DNA of 64,000 nucleotides from Marsupella aquatica (Eukaryota > Plantae > Marchantiophyta), in the NCBI GenBank assembly GCA_973895155.1, contig OZ316897.1, positions 5,163,976 through 5,227,975 on the forward strand, in the 5' to 3' direction. Made by a program: the position numbers and the translations under genes. The notes under the pieces were generated by a model. It was not told where the DNA came from. It saw only the letters and a program-made list of their open reading frames with translations, and ran no database searches. This document shows positions 14,601-26,880 of this stretch, in pieces. Each line of letters starts with the position of its first letter. The first letter of the stretch is position 1.

Positions 14601-16030
14601 TTTTGAAGCATGCAAAGTGGACCAAAACTGAGCCCTATCTCAAGTTGCGGGATACAGTGCATATCGAAAAGGGTTGAACAGAGGAAAGGGACCGACTATA
14701 TGGGAATTGGCGTTCCATTCCGCCGATCAAGCAGGTTCGCCGAGGTTATTTGAAGATGCGACCAACATGCTTCTTTCCAACGCAGTGGACTTTGATTTGG
14801 AAAGAAGTACTCCCCTTAATGGAGATATCGTGACCAAGTCAATGAAGAGAAAGGGACATGCAACTGGGACTGTCTCTCCACAAGACTCCCATCGGCATGA
14901 CACCGTTCTCATAACCACACCAAATACTCGTGGTTTGAAAAGGAAAAACCTAAACAAAACTGACTTTGCCTCCATTCCCTCAAATTCTAATGATCTTGTG
15001 ACAAGAGTGGTACTGATCTCTCTGGTATGGACACATCAGATGGTGATACTGATTCACTGGACAATACCCCTCAAACAACCCGTACAACAAGATCCACAAA
15101 ACCTCCGCTCAGTGCACCAGCCTCACTTCAGAATCCACTTCCATGCACGATTGTGCTCGAGAAGGATGTCCCTCTGGGGCAGTGGCAGCTGCGACGGACG
15201 TCCAAGTATGGAGCAGGTCCCCAGTGTAATGGGACACTCAATGGGAGTTCTGATCGCGATGAGTGTCGAAATCGTATCAAGAAGGTTGGCTTCCATTCGT
15301 CTGACGGTGTTGTTGGAATTGTCGTGAAGGGCCATCGTCTCTTCAGGGGCGAACCGATCTCCGAAATGATTTGGTTCTGCCCAAACCAAACCTGTTATAA
15401 GAGTCGTCCGCGTTGTGGTGTTCATTAGCTTCCTCCTCTTCCTGAAATTTTGCCTGTTCTGAAGGGTACGAACCTATCTCCTTCTGAAATCACGTTCCTC
15501 GAAGAGCAAGGACTTGTCTTAGCCCGAACAACAGGATCGAGTCGATCTGCGCCATCTTTGTTTGACCTCAGGATAAATGTGAACGTGTTCCCAGAAACAA
15601 TAAGGTTTTTGGAGCCAAATGTCCGGTTGGGTAGTCGGAATGGGAGGAACTCAAGACCTCGGTCTAATCTCACTGTGGGTCACACTAAGCGAATGGAGTC
15701 TGCACGACAAGAAGAGATGAGTTTGGATGGGGAATGGAATTTTCGGACTGGAAATGCTTTTGGAAAGCAATTTTGAATTCGAACCCATGAGAACCTTCGA
15801 TCACCAAGCACGTACTTCGTGCAAATTTGTATCTTCCCTGCTTGCTCTATGAGGACTTCTTCCTACGACATTCGCGTGGCAAGTCGTACATGCCTTGTAA
15901 ACATCTATACTGGGTGTACAAAAATGTTTTCAAACTTGAGGTTGAGGAGTCGACTCTTTGTAGCCAACCAATTTTGACTGTGGGCGAAGTCAGGCTTGTC
16001 TTGGAGAGGCAGAACTTGAATGGCTTATAA
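11648..16030 (+). pseudogene. MULE-type DDE transposase with GCM/WRKY-like zinc domain and C-terminal SWIM finger (copy 1); LINE insertion, intron 14281-14499, several frameshifts and stops
   Basis: CTGFIEC...CPARLFY...GEHNHP (WRKY/GCM-like); WVSFDV (D1); GFMADNAQAGWNAM (D2, in a shifted frame); DAFH; after the intron SESRHASMKAW (E); C-terminal PACS.EDF...PCKHLYWV (SWIM). Confidence 0.8.
13388..14025 (-). mobile_element. 5'-truncated LINE (L1-like) insertion
   Basis: 16-bp target-site duplication GATGCATTTCACTTTT at 13372-13387 and 14026-14041; poly(T) on + (poly(A) tail) at ~13384-13401; ORF2 C-terminal motif LWHIWLARNESVF. Confidence 0.9.
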
Positions 16031-16729
16031 TAGGGGCCGAAACTTCCGTATAGGTCGTTCAATATAACGGATAGTCACTATTTTGTCTTTACCCAACGGA
16101 TATGTTACTTGTTTTATTCAGTATTTTTTGGTTAGCATCGGGCGCTGCTTTTATTATGTACGCGTGTAGTGTAAGCATTACACTATGTTTTATTTAAAAT
16201 GTGTAAGTTGATATCATTATGTTTTATCTTTCAAGCCACGTTTATTCAATTATTCTGAAATAAATCGTTAGGAGGTGTTTTGTCATTTGTTTGTCACGGT
16301 ACTCGGTCCATTTAAGTGAACTCATTTTGATTGAGTTCATTTGGACACTACTCTTCACTTGTTCTGTGGTGGGTCCCACCCTAAGGTTCACTTTTTAGCT
16401 TGGATGAATAGTGATATTTGAATGAATGTTTCATTGAGTATAGTCCCCATACCGTGTTCAGTTATCTTCCAGATCAAAATGTTGTTGCAAGGGAGGATTG
16501 CTAGTACTCTTCATCCATCGGATGGCACACAATAATTGTTTGTTTTAAACCTAATTCACTTCAGAAAATTTTTGTGATTAGCGTAGTTTTTCATTCGGAC
16601 CAAAGGGCTGTGGTTGATGCAAAACTGGTAACAGGGAATCGCTTACTGGTAACAGCTATATTTGACAATTAACAGCAAAAAATTTCTTGGTAACAGGTTT
16701 TCTGTTTTCTGTCATGGCTATCATACCCC

Positions 16730-18512
16730 TTGAATGAGCAACTGCTCATGTTCCTCCAACATTTTTTAGTAGATTAGGATGTTATCAATAAAGACAACCA
16801 CTCCTTGGTCCAACAAGTCATGAAAGATGGTATTCATCATCTTCATGAATGTTGCGGTTGCATTACACAACCCGAACGGCATAACCAAAAATTCATAGGA
16901 TCCAAACCTTGTGTGCATCGCGGTCTTATACTCGTCTCCCTTAGCCATGCGGATCTGGTAATACCTAGACACAAGTCCATTTTTGAAAACTTCTTAGCCC
17001 CGGAGAGGCAATTGAAGAGGTCATCCATATGAGGTAATGGGTACTTGTTCTTTACCATTTGCTTATTGAGGGCCCGATAATCTGCGCACAATCTCAAAGT
17101 ACCATCCTTTTTGGACACAAACAGCGCGGGCGCCCCATAAGGACTCTTACTAGGACGAATGAACCCTTGGTTGATCAACTTTTCCAAGGCGTTCTTCAAC
17201 ATCATTGGTTTGTTCAGGTTCAAACGATAAGGAGCTTTAGCTTGAGAAGCCGAACCTAGCTCCAACTCAACTTGGTGATCCACTTCTCTCCGCGGGGGTC
17301 CCTAGGCCCCTCGTGTTAACTAATATGGGAGGACGTGTGAACGCTCAAAGGGTGAATTTTATTCATTTGAAACTAATAATTATAATTATTACTGGTAACA
17401 AGGGGACTTTTTATAGAAAATGAAAATAACAAGGGGTAAGAGGGAAGGGGTCCCGATCGCAGGGGGTTCACTTCTTTTACTTGGAGTGAGGGCCCAGGGG
17501 CGGGCGTAAACCTTTAGGTAGCTTCTACGAGAGCACATCATTTAATTCCTCTAAAATTTCAGGAATTTGACTGCAGTCAGGCCCGGCCTTAGCTAACTTA
17601 ACCTTTGGCTGCAAAGCAGCCTCCTTAACTGGGTGGAGAAACATTCATGTCCACCCTTGAAGTCTTTCCACCTATGCTTCACCAATACACACGGAGACAA
17701 CCACAATACTTTACTTGTACTTTGAGAAATCTTTCTTTATTTTTGGTAATTTTGTGTACAATGATGGGCTCACCGCCCTTATTGGGAAAATTGAGCACCT
17801 CATCCCCCAATTTCAAGGTAACATTGTGCTTTCTGAGATAAACTACCGACAAAATGAAGTCTACGGCTAGACGATCTAGAATGTAGAACATTTCTTGACT
17901 AACAAAATTTTGTTGTTTGCCTATGACCTCTACTCAAAATCTATGTACCACTCTCAACACTATCCCTTTCGTGTCGTTTGCAAACTTGCACACTAACGGT
18001 TGTAGCAACTCTTGCACGTCCACCCCAAGACGTGCCGCCGCCTGCCCACTTATGAAGCAGGCGGTCGTGCTTGTATCCACCAAAGCAACACCCAGATTAC
18101 CGTTAGAAGTGACATTCACAAAAATCAGCTTTTCAGGATCCATTGTCTTAACCTCAGGTATCTTCTCTTGCAACAACACCTTCTCTCTGGCGGGAACATC
18201 CCCTACAGGGACCTTGTCAACTACTAAGGGTTCGATTAGAGCAATACTGTCTTACCTTAATGCCCTTTTGCCCCCCATCTCCGTTTGGCTTGCCACCTTT
18301 TGTGGAACAATCCTTACTTTGATGGCCCATGGCGCCACACGTGAAGGGTCCAATGTAATCAATACCCCACTTTTTGAATGGTGCCAGAGGTAGAATAGGG
18401 TGTAGCAGATGTCTCGTGGCAGCCCTTGGCCCTCCTGCTCTCTAGCAAGGATCACATTGCTTGATAAACTGGTGTACATCCTTGTGTAAGGTTGGCCACC
18501 AATAGCCGGCAT
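16730..18512 (-). mobile_element. Degenerate Ty3/Gypsy pol fragment (protease, RT)
   Basis: ALVDTSTTACFI (protease); [34 protein letters not shown]; [11 protein letters not shown]; [10 protein letters not shown]. Frameshifted and cut at 16730 by MULE copy 1. Confidence 0.85.
17299..17506. mobile_element. ~210-bp MITE-like insertion in Gypsy pol
   Basis: Splits the KLPKGL|PPRREVDHQ junction. AT-rich core with imperfect inverted ends (TCCCTAGGCCCCTC / GAGGGCCCAGGGG). Confidence 0.5.
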
Positions 18513-20126
18513 CTGAAATGTTTTTAGACGTGGTTACTAGTGCAAAATGTCCTTCGACCTCTTCTCCGTGCATAGCCTATAGGACTTGCTTTACTTCTCC
18601 CTGTTCCAAACACCTTTGAATTTTTCCATTGATCCCATACCTGTGTAAGATGCCTTTAATGCACTGATACTGTCTGATTTTTTGTAGAAAACCTACGGCC
18701 TGCCTGTAATCTTGACGTGTTGAGAAATTGTAGAATATCAGGGTACTACAAATAGCTCCTCATCAGGGAATCTATCATCAATGCAGTCCGTAGCTGGTTC
18801 ACCTGGAAGTTGTGAAAAGAAGTCGGCATTGCCATGCAGCTTCCCCGGCTTAATTTTCAGCTCGTAGTTAAACTCCTGTAGTAGCAATATCCATCTTGCT
18901 ACCTTGCCTGTAAGGTCTGGCTTGTTCACTAGGTATTTCAAACTCTCATGATTGGTATGAAAGATCACTTTGTAACCCAGTACATAATGCCTTAACTTCT
19001 TACAAGAGTAAATGACTCCTAATGCCTCCCTTTCTATGGTTGAATAGTTTCTTTTGGCATTGGCAAGATCTTGGCTTGCATAGTATATGGAATGGTCCCT
19101 TCCCTTCTCATCCAATTGACTCAGTACTAAACCACTACAGAAGCCTGAGACATCTACATACACATGACAATCCTTGTTACAATCTGGTGCTATCATGATT
19201 GGGGCCTCAACTAGCATGCATCTGCTTTAATTCAATTACTGCTGTCACTCTCTCTGGTGTGGGCTCAAAGTCTGCTCCTACCTTGAGCATATTTGTCAAT
19301 GGTAAAGCTAGTTTGGCAAAATCCTTGATGAACCTGCGATAATAACCAATGCACCCCAAGAAGGATTGAACATCTTTTATGTTCTTAGGTTGCACAGCCA
19401 TACTGCTAGCTTACCCTTGTCAATCTCGATGCACTAGTACATTTTTGCTCATTTTCCGATGCTCCCGCTGAAACATGAAATAGGCGTCCAATAGCCAGAG
19501 TTACGCAAACTTTCGTTAACAAAAGTATCGGAACTTGCGATCCCCACAGCTTCGGAAACCCGGTATCCGATTCCCAAAACATCGGACATCATTTGCGATA
19601 CTCCTAATATCGGAACATATCCGATGTCTTGACTATCAGACCCCTCTTCTAAAAATTGTTACTAAATTTCCGATCCCTGAAGTATCGCTTTTGATGTCCG
19701 ATTGAGTAAATTACGGAAATATTGCGATGGAAAATGTATCGTTTAGTGCTTCCAATAGGTTGGGTATCGCAAATGTTTTCCGAAGTAGCATTTATCACAA
19801 ATAATTCCGATTCTACAGTATCGGAAATGGAGTCCGAAAGGGTTTAGATCGGATATATGTGGTTCGAGGTCAAGATTTGAACAAGGAGGTGTTCCGATGG
19901 GCTTCTGTTGTTTTAAGCATGGGAAATGGTATCGGGAATAAATGGACGTGACTCAAATGCATATATTACTTAGGGATTGCAATTTGGATTGTGTCAAGGG
20001 ACTATATACAGTTGTATCCAAAATTATATCCAACCAATGAATCTTTGGGCATGTGTGAAATGACATGACAAAATGTATATGATATCCATGAAGATAAAAC
20101 ATATAGGGGTTTTACCTAGGTCGCAT

Positions 20127-23100
20127 CTATTGTAATGAGGGGTCCAAATCCTCTACTACAACTACACTTGGCTTGTCTTGAACAATGGATCGTGAGCAAG
20201 GGATGTAAGGCATAACAATGGACCACTCTGGGTCATTCGGATAAGGAAGATAGAAAGATTGCTCCAAATGATGGGGAAATGCAAATGGATCTGAGGTTCT
20301 CCAATTGGAACTAATGACACTAGTTGCACTGGTCTTCAATCGTGTGAACCCACATGCATCTTCTTCACAGGTCCGATTATGGCCAACAAGATTCATCCGA
20401 AACCATTTGCACTTGAACACCACCTCCTCCAAGGTTGTATGGGCATGATAATTTACGATAAGAATCTCCTCTATCTTCCCATAGTGGGACACAGTTGAAC
20501 GTATTGGATTCCGGTCAGAAGTGCTACTTTGTGACTCTTGGGTGAACCACCCCATCACCCCACAATCTTGTGTTGCTGCTCTCTTCATATCAAGATGTTG
20601 GATTCGAAAATGCCTCCCCTTTGACCACATGGCTGTTCGAGTTGTGACCATGAGTAATGGACCATGAACAAGGGTGCGAATGTCATTGGTGACCTTCAGA
20701 AAGTGCAAAACACTCTCACCCCGACCCAACAAGGCATCAATCTCTGTCAACTTCTCCTTCATATATGGGAGAAACTTGGGGAAGAGACGTGGCCGACGAC
20801 TATTACTCTTCTCCTCCTCATAAAATGCAGTCCACTCCCCTGCAATCTCTGGTGAGTTATACAACATGAATGTGGTGAGTTGCAGATGTTCAGCAGAGCC
20901 TAGTAGTCGTTCTCCCTTTGCTCCAGTGAGTCTATCCTCTTCATAATCTGCCTCTCGTGCTGACTCATCTATCCAACCCCTTGGAGCATTTGGATCAAGT
21001 GTAGCCACAATGTTCGTACAATAGAACATACTCTCTGCTCCAAGGTGACGTTTGGCAATGCTACCTTCCACCCTAGCACGGTTTGATACATATGATTTCA
21101 TGACTCCCATGAATCGCTCTACCCAATACATCCAACGACAATGTACTGGGCCTGCAATGGCTACTTCACGCACTAGATGTACAAGAAAATGAACTTCAAA
21201 GAAGGAAGGAGGGAGTGCTCGCTCCAACTTGCACACAACCTCCACTCCAAATACCTCCATGGCAGCAATCTCTCCCTTGTTGACCTCCTTTTGACAAACC
21301 CATCTCAACAATCTACCCAATGACCAAAGTGCATCCCGAAGATCCTTGCTGCCCAATCCAATAATAGCAACTGGAATAACGTGCTGCAATAGACGATGAT
21401 AATCGTGGGTCTTCAAGAAAGCTGGCCATTTTGGAGAGTCATCTCCACCAAATACCTTGCAAAGATTGGCACCATACCCTGTAGGAAACCTCATTGACCC
21501 TATCCGCTTGCAAAACTCTATTCACTCACTCCTTGTGAAAACCCATGGGGGATGGATAGTAAGGGGAGGGTCAGGGTCCATAGATGGCCAAAAACCATGA
21601 AGGCCATGCATCCCCATCTCCTCACAACTCTCCCTCCAATTGTTGTTTTTCTCTCCATATAGATGGCGGATCAATGACCTCCCAACATTCCCCTCAATAT
21701 GCATAGGGTCCAATAGATGATTTATCGGCATGTGTTCCCAATATGGAAGTTGTGCCAATGCAGACAAACGGGTCATGCCACATCTAGCCAAGGGTAATGG
21801 GTCATCTGGATCAGTCACCCTCTCCCATACCTCCTTCCAATATATTGGGTCCTTTGGTAAAGGCTGAGGTCTTGTGTCTGGCTGGCCCTCATCCGTGTCA
21901 TACAAAAATGGATCATACCTCCAGTCATGCCCCTTAGGAAGATACTTTGTGTGACCAATGTAAACTATCTTCCACAGGGTGGTAGACTTTGGGCGCGCCA
22001 CTCCCTCCAAGTCTGGTCCACAAGTTGGGCAAGCACGATATCCAGAAGTTTGCAAGCCAGAAATATATCCAAACCCTTCACAAACAATGGTCACAAATTA
22101 AAACCCATTAAGTTTTGAAACCAAACCAAAGGGAAAAAAATAAACAGAACGATATATATATGGGTAGCTGCACAAGCCATACTTAATTTATAAAGAGTTG
22201 GGTACTTGGAAGATCATGCATGGTCCACATAAGAATGGCTTTGAGCTGAAACTCACGGGGTAAGCCCCCTGTATGCACTCGACCATCATAGCAATCCACT
22301 CCCCCCCAAAGTTTCTGTAGCTCCTCAATCAACGGTTGCAAGTATACATCAATCTTCTTCACTTGCTTAGGGCCAGGAATAATCATAGATAGGAGCAAAT
22401 GACCCTTCTTCATGGCCATCCATGGTGGGATTTTGTAGTTAGTGAGGACTACTGGCCATACAGAGTATGGTTTGGCCTTGCCGGCCAGTGCAAATGGGCT
22501 AATGCCGTCTGATGCCAAACCAAGGCGAACATGACGAGGGTCAGTCTTGAACTCACCCCAACGCTCTTCCACAAATCTGTTTGCATGAGAGTCAACCATC
22601 ATGCGCATGGTTGGATCCTGAGTAGTGTCTGAACGGTGTTGGGAATGCCATACCATATACTTAGCCAACTCTGCGCATCGAAACTGGTGACGCAAACAAG
22701 GAATAAGGGGAAAGTACCTCATAACCTTTTGAGGTACTCTTCCTGTCAACATATCCTCACGATATCTTGGCGCATTGCACACAAGACATGTAAGAGCATT
22801 TGAGTGCTCCTTCCTGAACAAAACACAATCATTCACACAAGCATGTATGACCTCATACTTGAGGCCTATGGACTTCAACACTTTCTTCGCCTCTTTCCAT
22901 GATGCTGGCAAGTTGTTCCCCTCTGGTAACATACGATCATACAATGTCCTGAAAATATCATCAAGAAGCAAGTTGCTTGCTCCATGTCTTTGCTGCAAGT
23001 TCAGTAATAACATGATTGCTGAAAGACGAGATAATCTAGACCCCTCAAAAAGACGAGTCCGTGCATGCTCTTGAGCCTCCTCCCACTGGTGCGAGTGTGG

Positions 23101-23322
23101 ATTTCGTGAAGGAGTATGCCTATGAGGAGGAGGTAAGTCAATGTCTTCCCAGTCACCTGGGTCATGATCACCCCGGGGATCACCCTCATTTGCATCCATG
23201 AATTGGTGCATCAACTCATCCATAGCCCAGTCCTCATCCACTCTTTCTTGGGTAGCATTAGGTAGTTCATGTGGAATGTCCATATCCTCAAAAGGTTGAC
23301 CCCCTTGCCTACCATCCATGGC
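20127..23322 (-). pseudogene. CACTA TnpD transposase (Transposase_21/DUF4218-type); intron ~22205-22076, premature stop at 21522
   Basis: IHACVNDCVLF, VRLGLASDGISPF, SVWPVVL, IPGPKQVKKIDVYLQPLIEEL, WTMHD, LDPMHIEGNV, LKTHDYHRLLQ, GPVHCRWMYWVERFM. Confidence 0.92.
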
Positions 23323-23557
23323 CTAAAGGAGATGTTGTCGCACAGCTCGTGATAATACCTCAATATCTGGTTGAACAAATGCATTCTATCATACACAAAA
23401 GAAAACAATGAGAATGATATAAGTCCAGGTCTCTCAACCAACAATTGAGATATCCATATATGAATGAGTCAAAAGACTCCATAGCTCTTGAAACCAATTA
23501 GAGAATGACTCAAGTAATATTTTTATAAAAGTGAACATATACACATGTTTGTATGTG

Positions 23558-25552
23558 CTATGAAGGACGACACCGTATGGCCATCTTAGGCGCGTTCCAA
23601 TCATAGTCACAAAAGAGTTCCTCACCAGCCCTAATAGTCCTAATGGCTACAGTCATAACATGGTCATCCATATGCTTCACATAGTAAGGTGGTGGCGGTG
23701 CCCCAAAAATCTGAACCCACTCTACATTTGGTTGAAGTCCTCGTCCTCTCCCTTTGGTACTATTGATATACCCAGCGATGTTATCACATCGCATAGGATC
23801 ACCATCAATCATCCTACAATGCCAAGGCCTCTTGAGGACCTCATCCAGATCGGAATCCATTTGCAATGCATACACTCCCCATGATGGTTGTTGCCGTAAA
23901 ATAATATTCCAATTCTTGGCAGTGTATATAGGGCCAATATAAGGAAATAAGTGTTCCCCATCATAATGTAGTATCACACTAGGGACAAAAATAAACATTT
24001 AAGATCCAAAACTCGGTATTCGTTCCCATGGAAGAACATGTAAGGAATGATTTTCTATGATTTAGCACTTATGAATGAATAAGGTAACAAAAACACAAAG
24101 GTTGAGCCTTTTACTATGGTTGCTCAGCAAGGCATAGTTTTAAATGTCTGCTTGACATTAAAAATAAAATTAACAAATGGAAACAATTAATAAAACACAA
24201 TGAAAATCCTGAGGTATGGTGAGGGAGTTAGGAAACAACCAAGGTGACTCCTCAACATAACTTCATTTGATATGATTTAAGTGGTATATCCGCAAGAACA
24301 TTTTTGGAAAGGATTACGGTACTAGGATGATTACTAAAATGCCGTCAACATGTCTCAACTTTTCCTTCCAAGGTACTGAGTGGAGACTAGTAATCAATCA
24401 CTTCTGTATCCAATCGGTACTTTGTGTCACGAATAAGAGACACCATCATAATCAAATTTGAAGCCATAAGTAATTGGTAAGTAACAATCTTTGCATCCCG
24501 TGCACAAGCAATGTCACGCCAAAAACTATGCATCAAGAACTAAGAAATATGTGAAACATCACCAACAAGGAATCTATTTCCACATACTCAAAAGATTTAA
24601 CAATCACAATAATTTTACTTCAAGGGTCCAAACTTCTCATTCATTTAGACTTGAAGGGGGAAGAATTCCTTTGTATTAAGTATTCATATGCAATGGAGTG
24701 CTTGTTACAAATGGAGGTAACAAAGTTGCAATCTTGCAACTGAGCGCTCATGAAATTTCTTCACACAAAAAGTGGCAAAAACTCTACTACATATAGGGTG
24801 GCAGAAACTAAAGGGGAAAAGAGAGAATGAAAGGACATGCCCTTTCATATCTTAAGGGTCATAGACTAAAGTAAAAAGTATGAAAATATGCTACAGGAGT
24901 ACTCAAGGTTCACTAGAATGTTGCTGGAATGAAAAACTAACCAAAAGTTATCCCTAGTGTAAATTGGAGTAAAAGTGTTTTTTGCACTTTTGTGGTAAAA
25001 CTAACAAATATCAACTTTGTGGATGGACCACAATGTCCTCCAAAGCAAATAACCTAAATCCTACATCAACACCAAGGGAAGATGACTGCACTATCCAATG
25101 ATGGCCCCATATCTCTATAGGGGCATTAGTGGGTATGCCTTGAGGGATTTTGAATATCTCAGACGAGAAGTCCTTCACAAGAGGCAACGCCTTTCTAGTG
25201 AGATATGACAATCCCAACCTACCCTCCACTACCACATAACCCTCACCTGGCTTCATCATAGGCGGACCTACCAAGTTTGGGTCTTGAGACTCACGAGTGC
25301 CCAATGGTTCGTAATGTCTCCTATGCCTATGGGAGCTGGGCCGGTGCATAAAACCCTAGATGGAGGTACCTCCAGGTCACCTTGCTCAATGTCCTCCACC
25401 CTTGCTACAGGTACACTCCCACCCTCACCATTGGGGCGCGGGGCGGGAGGAGGGGGTGTAGATGTTGATGCAAGCATCCGTCTTGCACTAGCCAAGAATG
25501 TGTCTAGCCATAGCTCTTTAGAGATCAATGGAGGAGGGGGCCTACGGGGCAC
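23558..25552 (-). pseudogene. SET-domain protein carried by the CACTA element (frameshifted, split by a ~1-kb insertion)
   Basis: WIVQSSSLGVDVGFRLFALEDI ... LFPYIGPIY ... NIAGYINS...PNVEW...VAIRTIRAGEELFCDY match the SET N-terminal and C-terminal motifs. Confidence 0.8.
23977..25010. mobile_element. AT-rich non-autonomous insertion with CACTA-type ends inside the SET gene
   Basis: Begins CACTAGGGA (23977) with an inverted TCCCTAGTG at 24951-24959. It separates the two halves of the SET domain. The right boundary and TSD are ambiguous. Confidence 0.5.
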
Positions 25553-25667
25553 CTATTCATTCAAAAAAAATCCAAAATTAATAAATATATGATGATAGTG
25601 GCCATGATTGTAAGTGGCAAATTATGTTTCCTTCAAAATGTGTGGGATGAGAGTATGGGGTGCATAC

Positions 25668-25903
25668 CTGGTGAGCTGAATGTCCTGGTAAATCAGGTTG
25701 GTGTTGCCCATAATTCTCAATATGCTCAATACACTCCCAAGCTTGACGAACCACCATTCCCTTACATCGCACACACCAACATGGAATGGGGCCTAGAGGA
25801 GGAGGAGGATGATGCGGCCTCGGAGGGGGGGGGGAGGAATGTCCCCCTTAGAAGATGACGAGTCCGAGTCAGAATCTGACTCGGAACTCCCAGAATTTGA
25901 CAT
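25668..25903 (-). CDS. First coding exon of the CACTA minus-strand unit, encoding a transposase-associated Cys/His domain
   Basis: MSNSGSS...CWCVRCKGMVVRQAWECIEHIENYG...HQ followed by donor GTATGC; needs a 1-nt correction in a 10-G homopolymer at ~25825. Confidence 0.6.
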
Positions 25904-26880
25904 CTGCCCATCAATGTGAAAATTAATCACATGTCAAAAATCTTTCCCACTCATATTAAGTACCCTAAATACAATATGTCAAGATTGGAACCTAGTTTAC
26001 ACTAAGCGAATAATTAAAAATAATGACTGTGCATCTTACCTAAATGATATCCGCACTGAACAATGCCTACTAGGATCTTGGCCTTAGAATATATGCTAAG
26101 ACAATATCCAAAATGTATGCACAATTAAAGGAATACCATCAGAATTTATCTATACATATGTCCCCATAGAATCATATCCACTATATATTGTGGCCATCAA
26201 TGAAAAAAGTTTAGCCAAATATATACTTAAAGTGCTCACCTCCAAATGATAAAGGGAGTATATCATACCTTTCGGATGCACGGCCTATCGCGATGCATAA
26301 TGCATTGCAAAAATGGACCTACAAAAATACAAACAAAGAGAACGACCCAACCCTCCGCAAAAAAATACTGCACAATACACGCACATGAGGTTAACTTTGT
26401 TTGGCCCCCAAAATTAAATCCACATACAAGGTGGAAAAATTTGTCAAAACTTTTAATGTGAGTGGGTCAATGATCATACCGTTCAACCCCAAAAGTATGT
26501 TATCGTAAGGGGGACGTTACCGCACCTATAACCGGCTTTTATTCAAGAACCCCACCGCCCAAACAAAATCCGGCTACTCAACCAGGCCTACAATTACAAT
26601 GCAAGTTTTCACATCAACTAAACTTACATTTCCTTACCACATCCCCAGCCCCCCCCATTGACTAACTTATTATAAATCCATCCTTAAAGGCATAAAAAAT
26701 AATGGACAAGCTAAGTCCAATCATATTGGAAGAGGTGTCCGATACTTTAAGCATCGCTATTTCCGATCCCGTTTTCGATAGTTCAAGTATCGAATGTTCC
26801 GATTCTTAAAAAGTCGGATGGAGGGCACAATAGGGTTTGGTACTTTTCCCGACTAAAGTACGAATGTCTTTGTATCGGGC

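Larger units (their letters stand above)
8195..16729. mobile_element. Mutator-like (MULE) DNA transposon, copy 1; left-truncated, right terminus present
   Basis: Divergent accessory gene (-) and MULE transposase (+). The right end ...TTTTCTGTTTTCTGTCATGGCTATCATACCC(C) is inversely similar to the left end of copy 2 and abuts a cut Gypsy RT at 16730. About 11 TAGCGCCNGGCGCTA palindromes. Left boundary approximate. Confidence 0.75.
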
